Positions 36,201-49,814 of a stretch of 64,000 nt of DNA are shown here, in pieces; the stretch's first letter is position 1, and every line of letters starts with the position of its first letter. Below the pieces are notes generated by a model, which was not told the origin of the DNA, ran no database searches, and saw nothing but the letters and a program-made list of their open reading frames with translations. The stretch covers positions 2,914,001-2,978,000 of the forward strand of contig JAWMAR010000175.1 of assembly GCA_036785375.1 (NCBI GenBank), in the 5' to 3' direction. This DNA is from Leucoraja ocellata. Lineage: Eukaryota. The position numbers were made by a program, and so were the translations under genes.

Positions 36201-39200
36201 AAATACTATTTTAGTGTCAGCACATGCAGCAATAGTCAGTTATTGATACATGTGTATGAACATTGATCAGTGTTGACATTCACTCGGCATTTTGCTTTAG
36301 GAATTGAATATAGTACCCATTGGTACTATATATATGGGCATTACCACACAGTAAAACTGCAGTATCAAAATAGATAGTTTTTTCCATCAAACACGTTCTT
36401 CTTAAGCAGTTATCTTTGCCATGTTTCAAGTGTCATCATGTTTAAATAACAGATAGCAAATCACTTAGTCATTGTATTCTGCAGAATTGAGATGAACAAA
36501 AAAAGTTGGAGCTCAGCTAGCCTGTCCAAGAGTATTTACTTTTTAATCTATTAACTTAAAATAATCCTTCAAAATGGCAAAAATACTACTGTATTTTCAA
36601 TGAATCTTCCATATCTCTCAGTGAGAGGGAGCAATACTCAGACTTTGTGCTGGATTGGTCTTTGCTCCCTTCTGTGTAGCTGAGAAACATTTTCATTCCG
36701 GTGATCTGATGTTCACATTAGAGTACTAGGACATGATTTTTTTAGAAGAAATATATATCAAAAGATGCAACTTGGGAGTACGGTATTCATGAACTACAGC
36801 ATCCAGGCAATTTTGCAAACACTTCTTTTTCTGGATTCCGGCTTTCAAATCAAAAAATTCCAAAACCTCTTGCTCATCCCACATAAGCTTTAAAATATAT
36901 TAGCCACTTCTACATTATCTGTGTGAAAAGCCCAATGAAAACATTGATGCTGACTCAGATTTAAGGAGGCTATTTAGCTTTAGGATGCTTTCTTTGACAT
37001 GCCCTCTGAGGAAAGAAATGTCCGATTTACAGCTTGAAATGCTACAATGGTTCTGTTATCACTTAGTCTTTCCTTTTGTTGAGTTTCTTCCTCTTTTTCG
37101 TGTGCTAGGGCTTGAAACAAACATCACTGTTTGCCTGTAATTTAAACATTCCCTTCGCTTAGAATGGAACCACAATTTATAATTGATCAAACTCTTCAAT
37201 GTAATTAATAACATTTAGGCGAATATTTTATTTAGGCAAGTGATGATTCTTTGATGATTGCTATCAGGAGTGGTGCCTTTAAACTCTGTTCCTTTTCTTC
37301 CCCCTCCTGTTTTCCACCAAGAAAATCTCAAAGAAAGCAGAATAAATTTGTACGCTCTTAATTGATAACTCCATTAATAGTGCTAAGGTCTGTGCTATGA
37401 GTCAATGAGTAGGGTAGGAAAACCAGTCTAGTTGTTCAGTTATTAAATATTAAAAATTTAAGATGAATTAAAGTAGCAATAAAGCAAATTAAGAATTCTG
37501 ATGCTGAAGGTTCATGAGAATGTTACCTGAAGATATGAAGGTAGTAGAATTGATTCTCATTTCAGTGATTGGTTATGTAAAGAGCTCCACAGTCTTGGAA
37601 AATGATGTAAAGAAAAGTCTTGATATGTCCATTTCAGTTATATCAGAGCACTTGGAACAAAAGTATGGATTAGGTTGTATAGCACATTAGTAAATGAAGG
37701 AATTCTGAGGAAGAAAATGAAATGATGTCAGATGTATTTCCCTGATGTATTAGAATACCAGACAGATGTGTACACACCCTAACTTCCAGTGACCTTTGCT
37801 TAAAGTCAACTCACAATTCATAAAAGCTTAATTTTTACCATAGGACAATCAAGCTAACTTTTCTGTAAATCTAGGAATCTTGAGCTGTAACAGAAGGTAT
37901 CAGTCATTGTTTTATTGTTGTGTTAACATTGCACCAGAGCAATTGTTAAAGAACTGTTGAGATGAATTATCTGAGGAAAAAAAATCTGATACTGGGTAAC
38001 AAGATGTAGTGGTATTCCACCATATTTTGATGTGTAATGGAATGCATTTTTTAAATATTGCTGTACAGTCCAGTCAGCAGTTATTAATGTTATAATCTCA
38101 GTTCCCATATTAGTCTATGGACTTGGAAAAGCTATAAATTCCTGAATCACACATGGGATTGTTACAACTTTAGTAGTGGACTTTGAAATTGCTTTATTTT
38201 TCAGTAGGGTGAAAAAAACCTTATTTACGTGTTTGCTGCAGGAATTAGCAAGAGGAAATGTACACCAAATCCAGTGATGTGTTACTGGAGTTTAAATATA
38301 GGTCCCCAAAATGTAAATTATTTCATTTTCTTCCTCAGTTGCTTAAATGCTAGTGTCACCGTTTATCCTAGGTACAGGAGCAGTTGTATACCTCATTTCT
38401 AACTCGTGACTGAGTAACTCACTTTAATATCCCCACCTAATCTCCTCTCCCCAAGTCCCTCAGAGTGGCTGAACCTGCCACTGATGATACTTCTAAAAAC
38501 ATTTTCTGTACATGTATCAATCAGCACTAGCATGACAAGTGAGCAACAACAGTCACAATTGACAGGGTAAGTAAAATTGATCATTTTGCTGTCCCTTAGC
38601 TTTGTAGCCTGGCCATTGATGTCTTTGCCCCTTTCTCCACTGGAATTTTAACTAAAACTGCTGAACCTTCTCTCATCTGTGCTGTAAACTATCGCCTTCA
38701 CAGCCAATGCACTGTGTTCGGAGTTGTTTCCATGACAGCTTGGGCAAGTCATTTGCTTGCTTGCCACTCTCAACCAGCTAAACTGGTGAGATGTTAAGGT
38801 GGATCATCACTTGAAACAATGGATCCCATTAAATAAATTTTAACCCAATATTTAGCAAGTTGAACCCACCTCTGGGGTTCGAGACACAATTTGATCTGAA
38901 GAAGTGAAAATGGTGGTTTGATTTAGCTTGCTGAAATTTTCTGTTAAGCATAAACATAAACTTTGACTCTTTGATCATTGATAACATAGCTTCTATTCTA
39001 CATCTCCAAAGCCCCACATAAATACAAATATATAGTTTGCACTTGATTACCATGTGTAGATCCAGACTTGGTGCATTTGTGTTTACTGGAAGCTACAATA
39101 TGTTTTCTTTGATTATTCTATACCGTTGTCATTTAGTGACGATTCATTTAGTGACGATTCTTCTCCTCAGCTTTGTCCCTCCAGCGTTAGCCAAGTGCAA

Positions 39201-42200
39201 GTAGGCAATTGCATAGGAGAGTGCAAGTGGGCAAATACTGGTTGTATATCAAAAGGCTGTTCAGTTTTGACAATCTTCTATCAGATCAGGTAAGGGTACT
39301 GTTGCCCATCGTTGAAAAAAAAACTACCCTGATGAATAGTGATCACTCTGAATGTAAATGACGGTGATGGTCTTTCCTGCCATGCTTAGTGCTTTTGTTA
39401 CATGACAGCAACCTTACATTGTGCTGATAAAACCAAAGACTTTATTAATGATTGTATGAACTAAATTTTTTAATGTCTTCAGTCCTATACTAATCTTATT
39501 TCTAAAGTGTGAATTGCTTACAGTAACTAAAGAATTGCATAAATTAAAGAAATCAGCTTCATTCTTTCTACCAAAGCAGTAGAGGACTGCTGAAAGTGGA
39601 GCGCCATGTGCTATTTGATTGGTGAAAAGACTGGAGACTCCTGTGGTAGGATTAGCTCTTCTGAGGGGCATTTATCCCTGTGGGCTGGGTAATTTGGATT
39701 TATACACATTGAGGTGCTCTTCAGAACTGACTGTAACTAGCTGGATGCTGCCAATTGATTTTGTGAAAGAAAAATAAAGACTGAAAAAGATGTAGCTTGT
39801 GTATAAAGGTTTCATCTCCTTTTCATTAATACCACTGTGCAACTATGCATTGTATTCCTCAACCTTGTGCTAGATAGACACTCTACTTTTTTTTGTGTAG
39901 AGAAGGAATTTTTTTATGTTATGGAGATTTTTTTGAGGGGGTTGAAGGATCATGCAAGCTCTATCCCAAAGCAAAATACAAATATTAACATGCGCCTAAT
40001 GCAGATACCAAAGATTTGTTTCTTTTTTGCAACCTTAGAATTGTGTATTAAATGCAATTACCCAGCAGGTCTAACCTCAGTCATTCCAAAGCTTAGATGT
40101 ATATTTTGGTATATTTCTGGGATAAAATTGTTTTTTTTTTTGGTTGTCAAATCCTTGTTTGTTTCCGTGTATTGCTCTATAAGTCATGGCATGAGATGAT
40201 AAATTGTCTTTCTTGGTAGTTTAAGATATAGTATTTTTGTATGTTTTGGGTGTGTTTTTGTGTGTGAGAACATAACTGTTTTTCACTGCCTAGTTGTTCA
40301 TAGTTTTAAAACTGTACATATTATCCAATTTTGGACGTCCGCAGGCTTATATTCTTTAGATGTGTTATTTATTGGAAGGTTTTTAAAGAAGATTTTCAAT
40401 AGGCGGTATTCCTTTCTATATTAAAAAAAAATGTATAACTACGTAATATCTTTGAAAGTTAAATCGGTTTAAACAAAATACAGCTTGTTCACAAAATAAT
40501 TTGGTGTTTTTATATGTAAAAAAGACGTGGGTTTCCCAAAATTTCCAATTGGAATAATATAAGATATGGTTATATGTGCCTACTGTTGACGTGTATTGAA
40601 AATAAAATCCTAGTAAATAGCAGAATGAATCTTGTTCGTTCCAGCCTCTTGGTACTAGCTTTGCTCCTTTCCTTCCCACCCTTTGGACTCCACGGGCAGT
40701 GAGTCTCCTTCAGAGAAGTTACACTGTTAGTTGTCATGTATATTGTTCAGTAGACGCCTACTAGATAGAGTCCAACTTAATTTATGATTCAGTCATTTGA
40801 CTGATCACTTTGTTGATGTATACATTCCAGAGGAATGCACCTGATGATTCTATCCAGTCGCATATGATATTGTTTAATAGCGAATTGTGGGAATTAATAC
40901 TGGCCAAAAAAGATATGTAGATATAATTTTTGGTGGTCTTTTACATTGATTCTATGTACAAATTCTGTTAATGATCAAAAGGAATACTGTTATGTGTTAG
41001 TAAATTTCATGATTTGATCATTATGTCTGAGCGAAGATGTGTAACAACTCGGCAAGTGTGATCACACGGTTCTCAGCGGCTTTGAACGATTCGCACATGT
41101 GCATGTTGTATTTCCTGTACAATAAGATGGCAGCACAGGTAACCTGCGGACGTCCCTGCATCCAGTGCACCTTAATGCAGTACTGCAGTTGAGTGTGTCC
41201 ACATATACACAGAAAGTCTCTTTATGTATAAACATCTAATAAGATGATTAAAACTGTCAAACCTTTTACCAGTGCAAATGTTGCAAACAAAAGTAGCACA
41301 TGTCAGTGACATCATCTGAGTGTTGAGAGTTTGTTGACTTTAAGTTTATTGCATCCAATACCTCAAACTGCCCATGTTTGTTTGTTTTAAAAGGGTGTGT
41401 TTGGGGCAAAATTCAGTTCACCTAAATTGAACTGAAAATGTCAACCATGCAACAATGCAAGTCTATAACTATAAAGTCAATTAACATTTTTGAATGGTCC
41501 TTGAAAGAGATTTGGGATGTATTGCAAAATGCATAAACATTTGGGGTTAAAAATGTATTCGTCAGACTATTTCTCACTTTCATCAAAATAGCCTTTTTCC
41601 AGAAATGTTAATAAGGTTTAGGAAAAAAATGTGAAAACATTACTAATTATGAGATTGTGGAATATTGCAAAAATCAGTGTTTCACGAAGGACAATTACAT
41701 TTTTGCATTCTGGTTTCCCCAGAAATATCAATTGTATAGTTGAACAATACATGTTACAAATCTCTTATAACTACGGAACATTTGCAGTTGCTACAGTCTG
41801 TATATTTCTGAATAAGCCCATCGTACCACTTGGTAATACGTACACCATCTGTGATGTTCTTCTGGATGCATGGCTTAAAACCTGTACAAATAGCCCAAAT
41901 CAATACCTTTGATTGGAAATGTTTAATCTTGATGAATTGCAATTGATACTTGCAACTAATATTACATCTAATTAAAGTGCCAGCATAGATTCCAAAGAAA
42001 TCCATCCATGTTTTAAGAATCCTTCAATGTTGGCACAGGATCACCCAGGAAAACTGGCCAAATTCAATAAATTCCAGGTATTTGCAGTCTGCTTAGTTTA
42101 GGTATTTATAACCTTTTTACTCTTGAAGATAAATTGGTAAATCCTTTAACTAATTAAGAAACATTATGAGAACTGAATGACAAGGCATTCATGGAAATTA

Positions 42201-45200
42201 ACTTACGAGGCAAATGTTTTTTAAATCTCTTATTACTTCCCGTTACCAAACCTACTTGTATCGGTTTTATATAACAACTTAATAGACCCTAATTCTGAGT
42301 CTGGTTGCCTTTTCAAAATAAATTATGATATACAAACTAAATGCTTAAAATTTTAAATTTGAGTCGGAACAGTCATATTGATAGACGCCGCTTCATACAT
42401 TTTTCCAGTCTTACCATATTTTGGGGAAAATTTTAATTCAACCAGTATTAATGCTCTGTTTGAGAAATATTCTGATAGTTTAGAAATCTTTTTACTTTCA
42501 GATGGTTTTTATTCTTTTGGCAGGTAATAAATATCCATCCCAAACTGTCCTTCAATTGAGTTTTTTTAACATCTCAGAGGGCAGTTAACGTTGATTTCAC
42601 CATAAATTGACTGCATTTTTAATAATAGATGAACACTATTATCTTAAAATGTTTGTGCTCTAAATGATTGGATTTGTTACCTCCCATTCCTTTATTATCA
42701 AGCCAACCACAGAGCTAAAATGTATCTCCAATCATTTTAATCATTCACTCTTTTTGTTAAAATACTCTTGGAAGAAAAACAATTTTCACAGAATGACAAC
42801 ACATAAATACAGGTTGCCAGAAACACTGGGACCACTAATTAATAATTTGCAGAACTGACACAATACTAGAAATTAGCAGTAAAATGGAGAAACAAGAAAC
42901 TGCAGACGCTGATTTACTAAAGCAAACTTTTGCAAACTGGTCCGACAAAGGGTCCCAATCTGAAACGTCACCCATCTACATGGATACTCGAGCACTTTGT
43001 GTATTATTTTCAATAGCAATTAACAGGTTTAGTTTTTTATAATGTATTGGGAAGTTACTGCAGGGTGATTAAAACATTATTATTTCTAAATCTATTGTAA
43101 TGTGAAAGCATAGCCTTCCCATTGATTTGTCCGATGGTGTCAATCAGCAAGCATCAGTAATAGTTGACAGGTAGCAGCCTTTTAATTAAATATTAATCTT
43201 CACCATCGTATATGCAAACCCAGCAGTAATGCCTAATCTAAAGCTATTCGCTATTTTGACAATAACCACATTAAAATGATTGAGGAAAAAGTTTGGTGTA
43301 AGCAGTTTTTTAAGTAAAGAAAAAGAGTGTGGATATGAAAGGAAAATCTTGCAGCCATTTTGCCCCAGTTATCTTAATGAGTTGTGTTCATCAACGTTCT
43401 GACAAATGCCTTCTTTAATTAAAAACGAATCTTCACTGAGATCCAGAATTGTAACATCACAAGATGGTTTATCTTGTATTACTAACGCATCACTTTTGGT
43501 TTAACTTGCATTCGTTGTGCAACATTTGCTGGTATTTATTTCATGAATAGCATGACATTTTTGAAGAGTAGCAATGAGGAAATTTAAAATCACGAGGTTA
43601 AAAATATGAATGCGACATTTTGTTGTGTATAAAGTAATTCCAACATGACCTAGTGTGAATGCACATTTCATTATATTGTACATTGACACGTTGCAACAGT
43701 GAGGCATTATTGTTAAGCATCGGTTTGCATATTGCTGTGTACTGGTATAACCATATTAACTTACAATGTACAGTATCATTTCTGGCTCAAGATGAACTTG
43801 AGAAAAAAGTTGAACCTTTGGGAAATTGTAAGGACTAAACTGTCAGGATATTAAATTTTACACTTTGACAAATGTAGTTATTTGATGTCATTTGGTGTTT
43901 TCTTCTTTCTGGTCCTAAATATTCTGTTTAGTGTTGGCGCTTTTCCTCAACGAAACGCATGAATATGTGGCTACCCATCGTCCGATCTCAGTTATCTTAA
44001 AAAATTGTATATTGCGTCCTGCAACTCACTTGCATAACATTAACTGGAACCACTGAATTGAATCTCAATGATTGGGGGGACTTTAATCTACTACTGATGA
44101 TTTTGGAAAATAATTTTGCAAAAAAAAATAAAAAATTAAGACTTTTGGAAAAATTATTTATTCTTTTGGGATTCTACACTGAATAATTACTGATGTAACA
44201 TCAGTGCTTCGAGATCAGCATTAACACTGAAGCAGTTAGTGACTTTGTTTTCACTGACCGTTACATTTTTGTTGTCATATATCGCTAATTAAATATCTAT
44301 TTGTGGAATTTAGTTTAAAAATCAATATCTTGTTGAATGGGTATAATTATATAGCTAATGTTTATGGTAAATAGTATTAAAGTTGGAAAAATAATTTAGT
44401 TGGAAATTAAAGATGGTGAAATGCCGTTATATTTGAAAAGACAAAATGTGGGTTTCATATCTACTGTGGTTACCTTTCCCAAGCTAGAAATTAATTAGGT
44501 TTTATGGATATTTGACTTTTTTTAAGTTTATGAATTTCTGATTCTCATCTTTTTTTTGTATTTGAACAAATATGTGTAGATAGTGAAACTTCTTCTATCA
44601 CATCAAACGCCTCAATCCCCTTCACTTAGGAAACTGGTTCATACACATGTAGATAAATCATCTGTCTGTATATAGGTGGGACTGGGACTGTCTATTTGTA
44701 TCGGGAACGCTAACAAAGGAACCAGAAAACAAACCATTCTAAACTAACAGCTGGCAACTCTAAGCACAACTTTTCAAATCCTTTCCAGTCAAGACGTGAT
44801 AACAGAACTTCTTAAATTTAAACTTTTAATGAAGATTTGGTTTGGGTGATTGCACATATAGGTGATGCTGCCTGGTTTTTGAGCCAGTGGCTGCTGGTCT
44901 GATCTGCTGTACATTGGATATATAGTTGAGCTTTAAGGTATTAATTTATTCCCACCCCTTTAATTTAAAAATATATATGCAAACTAAATCCTATTTTTCT
45001 AATTTATTATGAAACCAGATACACAGTGATAAGTATTCTTGATAATTGAGTTGCTCAGTTATATTAGAAATATAACTTTAACAATATTGCTTCTGTCTGC
45101 ATTAAGGCACTTAGGTTTTTTTATTTCCTTTTCCAAAATCATTTCTTTGTATAGTACTCATTGCAGATAAAGCTGTTCTCAACAACTGCCACAAAATACT

Positions 45201-45225
45201 TCCATTGCAGCTTGATTTTTTTTTT

Positions 45226-45370
45226 TGTATTGTAATGTGGTCATTTTATCTAATCATTTTGTATTCATTTTTGTAATGGCGTCTTGGTTCATTAAAAATC
45301 TGACTTAAAATATTGATGGGAAACTTAGTTTTTTTTTCTGCTTACCTTTTTCAGTTCGTTCTTTTCAAGT
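45226..45370 (+). terminator. Candidate distal polyadenylation signal (ATTAAA 45291-45296)
   Basis: Several upstream TGTA elements (45226-45276), ATTAAA, then a downstream U/GU-rich tract (~45328-45366); young TE insertions resume at ~46.1 kb. Confidence 0.45.
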
Positions 45371-46087
45371 ACTTAAGCAGTGGGGACTTGAATGTTTTTG
45401 GTGGTTAATCATACAAGAACGACTAAACCACATTATTACACTAACAGCTCGTACCTATTTTGAGCTGCGGTGCATGTGCTGCAGGCAACATGTAGATGAT
45501 TTGTTACATTTGTCGTGAAAGTGCATAATAATCGCCATTCACAATGAACACCAAAGCACGTGCCCAACTCTTGACATTTCTGCATTTCTCAAGGACGGAA
45601 ACAAGCACAGGTGGATGTTGTGTGTAAGCAGAAGTCATTGGAAGAGGTGAGCAGGTTAAGGATACAATTCAACACAGCATGTTGACTGTAAAGTCCTCTA
45701 AAGTATGTTTGCAGTGTTCTGACTGTTTGCCAGTGCAAGCAGTTAAATGCAACTGGTTGATACCAATGCTGGGCATAGGTAGAGCATGCCACTGTTAATT
45801 CACTTTGTCTTTGCCGCCTCAGTCCTAGTGGCAACATTGGACAGCATTCAGTCTGCCTGCTAGTTTCTGCTAGATTTAGTGGACTGACATCCTTTGAGAT
45901 CATAGGCCACTTTCTCTGCTTCTTGAAGTAGAATATCCACTTTGTTTGCCATCAAACAGGATGGAAATACTCAAGGATACATCTTCACTTTTCTGTAGTT
46001 GAACTATTTCCATATTGTCCATGGTCAACACTTTTGACTTACTATTTGGAGGCATTGGACTTTTTGGAACAACAGCCCATTATATTC

Positions 46088-46395
46088 CGTAATAGCCCAT
46101 AACAGCACCTCATATTCCGCTTGGGGAGTCTTCATCCTGGGGGCATGAACATCGAATTCTCCCAATTTTGTTAGTCCTTGCTATCTCCTCCCCTTCCTCA
46201 GTCCCCCTGCTGTCTCCTCCCATCCCCCAGCCTTCGGGCTCCTCCTTTTTCCTTTCTTGTCCCCGCCCCCCCCCCCCCCCCCCCCCCCCCACCCCCGATC
46301 AGTCTGAAGAAGGGTTTCGGCCCGAAACGTTGCCTATTTCCTTCGCTCCATAGGTGCTGCTGCACCCGCTGAGTTTCTCCAGCTTTTTTGTGTAC
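46088..46395 (+). mobile_element. 5'-truncated Penelope element (GIY-YIG C-terminus + pLTR) with 15-bp TSD
   Basis: QHLIFRLGSLHPGGMNIEFSQFC*; CAGCCCATTATATTC at 46073-46087 and 46396-46410. Confidence 0.88.
46304..46331 (+). ncRNA. Minimal hammerhead ribozyme core in a Penelope pLTR
   Basis: CTGAAGA-A-GGGT-ttcg-GCCC-GAAA-CG-TT. Confidence 0.68.
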
Positions 46396-47559
46396 CAGCC
46401 CATTATATTCAATGTCTCTTTATTATAGTTCCCCTGAAAACCTTAAACTTCTAAATGAGTTGATCTAAGCAAGTTGAGCTAACCACCTCTTAAACATGTT
46501 AAGATTGAATAATTCCTGAAGTTTACATAATATACCAATTAATTGCAAAAAATGGGCTAATACAGAGATTCTCCAACTGCATGTTAAAAGATTATAAACA
46601 CTTCTCTCTTGCCTTTACCATTTTTAATACAGAAAGGTTTACAGGCATTGCAGAAAACAGCTTAAATATAAAAAACATGCAGGGCTGAACAGTGGTTATT
46701 TTTTAAAGAAAATTATCAAAATCAGTTCTGTATATTGAAATAAGTTAAGACAATTCTGGCATACTCACTAGTTTGTCATGGATGGTTTGTTATATTCTGA
46801 TTTATTTCCGCCCCCCCCCCAATTTGTGTTTTTTCAGTTTGTTTAGGAATCAGTTTTTTATAAAGAACTGTTTGGTCAGAAGATTGTGCTTAAATGATCA
46901 TGATCCTGATTGTTGCAGCTATTAATATTAATCCAAAAGCATCCAGAACACAATAACAAATTCTTGTTACTGGCTTGAAGGGAAGTAGCAACAGCTATAG
47001 TTACCATCTACGATTGACTTGCTTGAGTACAACATATTTAAAAGCAAAATCTGATTGAATGGATTTTGAACCTTAGTGACTCTATTAATCCTGGAATCTT
47101 ACAACATAGAAAGAAATAAAGGGTTCATCTTGCGCATATACCAGACTGCCAGAAGACTAAACTAGTCCCACACATTTATTCCTTCTTGTTGTAAATAAAA
47201 CCAGTTTCCATCATTTTTCCAGGCATTGCTCTCCAGATCATAGCAACTTTTTAATTAATAGACGTGTAGGCAAACAAGCCATTGTACTTTTTTTCCTCCT
47301 GTATATATGCATTGCTTGTATTGAATACGTAGACAACAACTGTACAAAATTTGCCCAAAGATCCAAGAATGGCTGAAAATACTGAATACAATTTGCTGAA
47401 AATATTGGTTTTTAAGAATATTTATTAAGAATGACTGTTATATTAACATTTTAATCGTCAATCCGGTGAGAATTAAAATGGACTCCGTTTTATCTTAAGT
47501 GGAAACATACTGACAAGCATTGAGGTAACTTCTGCTCAGCACCTAGTAATGGCATACCA

Positions 47560-48030
47560 GTTCACCAGACTGATTCCTGGGATGTCAGGACTGTCTTATG
47601 AAGAAAGACTGGATAGACTTGGTTTATACTCTCTAGAATTTAGGAGATTGAGAGGGGATTTTATAGAAACTTACAAAATTCTTAAGGGGTTGGACAGGCT
47701 AGATGCAGGAAGATTGTTCCCGATGTTGGGGAAGTCCAGGACAAGGGGTCACAGCTTAAGGATAAGGGGGAAATCCTTTAAAACCGAGATGAGAAGAACT
47801 TTTTTCACACAGAAAGTGGTGAATCTCTGGAACTCTGCCACAGAGGGTAGTTGAGGCCAGTTCATTGGCTATATTTAAGAGGGAGTTAGATGTGGCTAAG
47901 GGGATCAGGGGGTATGGAGAGAAGGCAGGTACGGGATACTGAGTTGGATGATCAGCCATGATCATATTGAATGGCGGTGCAGGCTCGAAGGGCTGAATGG
48001 CCTACTCCTGCACCTAATTTCTATGTTTCT
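47560..48030 (+). mobile_element. Young CR1 3' fragment
   Basis: FTRLIPGMSGLSYEERLDRLGLYSLEFRRLRGDFIETYKIL. Confidence 0.9.
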
Positions 48031-49159
48031 AATAGCTTCACCGCTCAATGCCAGTTCCCTTTGTTTGTAACAAGCAGGGTGAAACAGGCAATAGTTTTTA
48101 CAAAAATAGGTATTTGTAGCATTACTGCAATTCGTACAACACTACAGAGATCAGCAATATCAGCCGCTCATTAGAAAGATGTATAAAAGAGAAAAGATTA
48201 CTGCTTTGTAATGGTATTATTTACATGGTTCTTTATCTACATAATTGATTTTTAAAATATACTGTTCTGACTAGATATAGGTGATTTCTCATTTAAAGAA
48301 AATAATGCCCCATTGACAATGCTGTGCATTCCATTTCCATTTTGAAGTTACCTTTTAAATACAGGTACCTATTTTCACTTGGATAAATGATAAATATTTT
48401 CAGCTCCAGCTGAGGATTTCGTTTTGATTTATGCAAACGGGTAACAAAGATTGACTTCTAAACTTGAATGAGCTTTAGCCTACATTTCTCATTAACTGTA
48501 GATTATATCAAGCTAGTTATATTTTTCGAGGCTTGTAAACTCAGAGATTGGCACCATTACAATGGGACTCTTCCATGTTGTACTATAATAATGCTAATTT
48601 AACTGAGTTTTTAATATTTGCAAGTAAATATTGCAGGGGATCATTTGTAATTTGGCATTACTTTATGTTGATGAAATACGAGTTCATCCTAGAAGGTTGT
48701 CCACTGTTGCTTGTCGTGGGATTACGTTATCCACTCGAGGATGTCAGCGACGTGGAGGTGGGGGCATAGTCGGTAATGGCTGCATTTGCAGTTGGTCATA
48801 TGGGTCTTGTGTTGCTTGACTCAGTCCCTGCAAAATAATTCCACCGAAATCGTTAGCAAAATGTCTGCATCACAAGGAAGTATTTTTCTATTCTACACTT
48901 TTCCCTGCAGGTATAATTTGTATATGCCTTTCTGGTAAAAAACATGTATTCCAGGTGTTGTTAAGATATATTAATGTGCTGATTATCTGTTGTGTAGTTC
49001 CTGCGTACAGTTTGCCTCCTAAATTAACAGAATTTAACCACCCTTCATCGAGGTGGAAGATGAGAGGTCAAAGATATTCCCCAAGAGCTCCCAACCAACC
49101 AGGCATGCAAGAAAATGGCAACCTTTGCTGGGTTTTGTCTGTATGATATATTCAACAAC

Positions 49160-49630
49160 TTATATGTTGCCTGGGTTTCAGCAACTGAGTTACAGAGAAA
49201 GGTTGAACAAGTTAGGGCTTTATTCTTTGGAGTGCAGAAGGTTAAGGGGGGACTTGATAGAGGTCTTTAAAATGATGAGAGGGATAGACAGAGTTGACGT
49301 GGATAAGCTTTTCCCACTGAGAGTAGGGAAGATTCAAACAAGGAGACACGACTTGAGAATTAAGGGACAGAAGTTTAGGGGTAACATGAGGGGGAACTTC
49401 GTTACTCAGAGAGTGGTGGCTGTGTGGAATGAGCTTCCAGTGAAGGTGGTGGAGGCAGGTTCGTTTTTATCATTTAAAAATAAATTGGATAGTTATATGG
49501 ATGGGAAAGGTATGGAGGGTTATGGTCTGAACGCAGGTGTATGGGACTAGGGGAGAATATGTGTTCGGCACCGACTAGAAGGGTTGAGATGGCCTGTTTC
49601 CGTGCTATAATTGTTATATGGTTATATATG
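49160..49630 (+). mobile_element. CR1 3' fragment (different subfamily)
   Basis: LSYRERLNKLGLYSLECRRLRGDLIEVFK..WNELP; (GTTATAT) tail. Confidence 0.88.
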
Positions 49631-49814
49631 AGATGTAAATAACTTTTGAAGACTTTAGCAAATTTAGCTTAAACACTTGGTTGAAGTAAAAAGATTCTTT
49701 GCAAGATAGGCCAAATGTAGGGAGATGGAAGATAGTTCACATTAGGAGGGTTTGTGACAGTGAGGAGAGCTGGCAACATATGCAGTGGGGTTCAGCATGC
49801 AGCATCAGTTACAG

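Larger units (their letters stand above)
28065..45320 (+). other. POU2F1: Putative very long POU2F1 3'UTR (~17 kb)
   Basis: AT-rich, U-tract-rich, strongly TE-depleted relative to introns; ends at a UGUA-rich / ATTAAA / U-rich poly(A) architecture. The end point is inferred. Confidence 0.5.

Noticed and set aside
39129-39158. 15-bp tandem duplication TCATTTAGTGACGAT
   Set aside because: Ordinary slippage duplication with no further structure.
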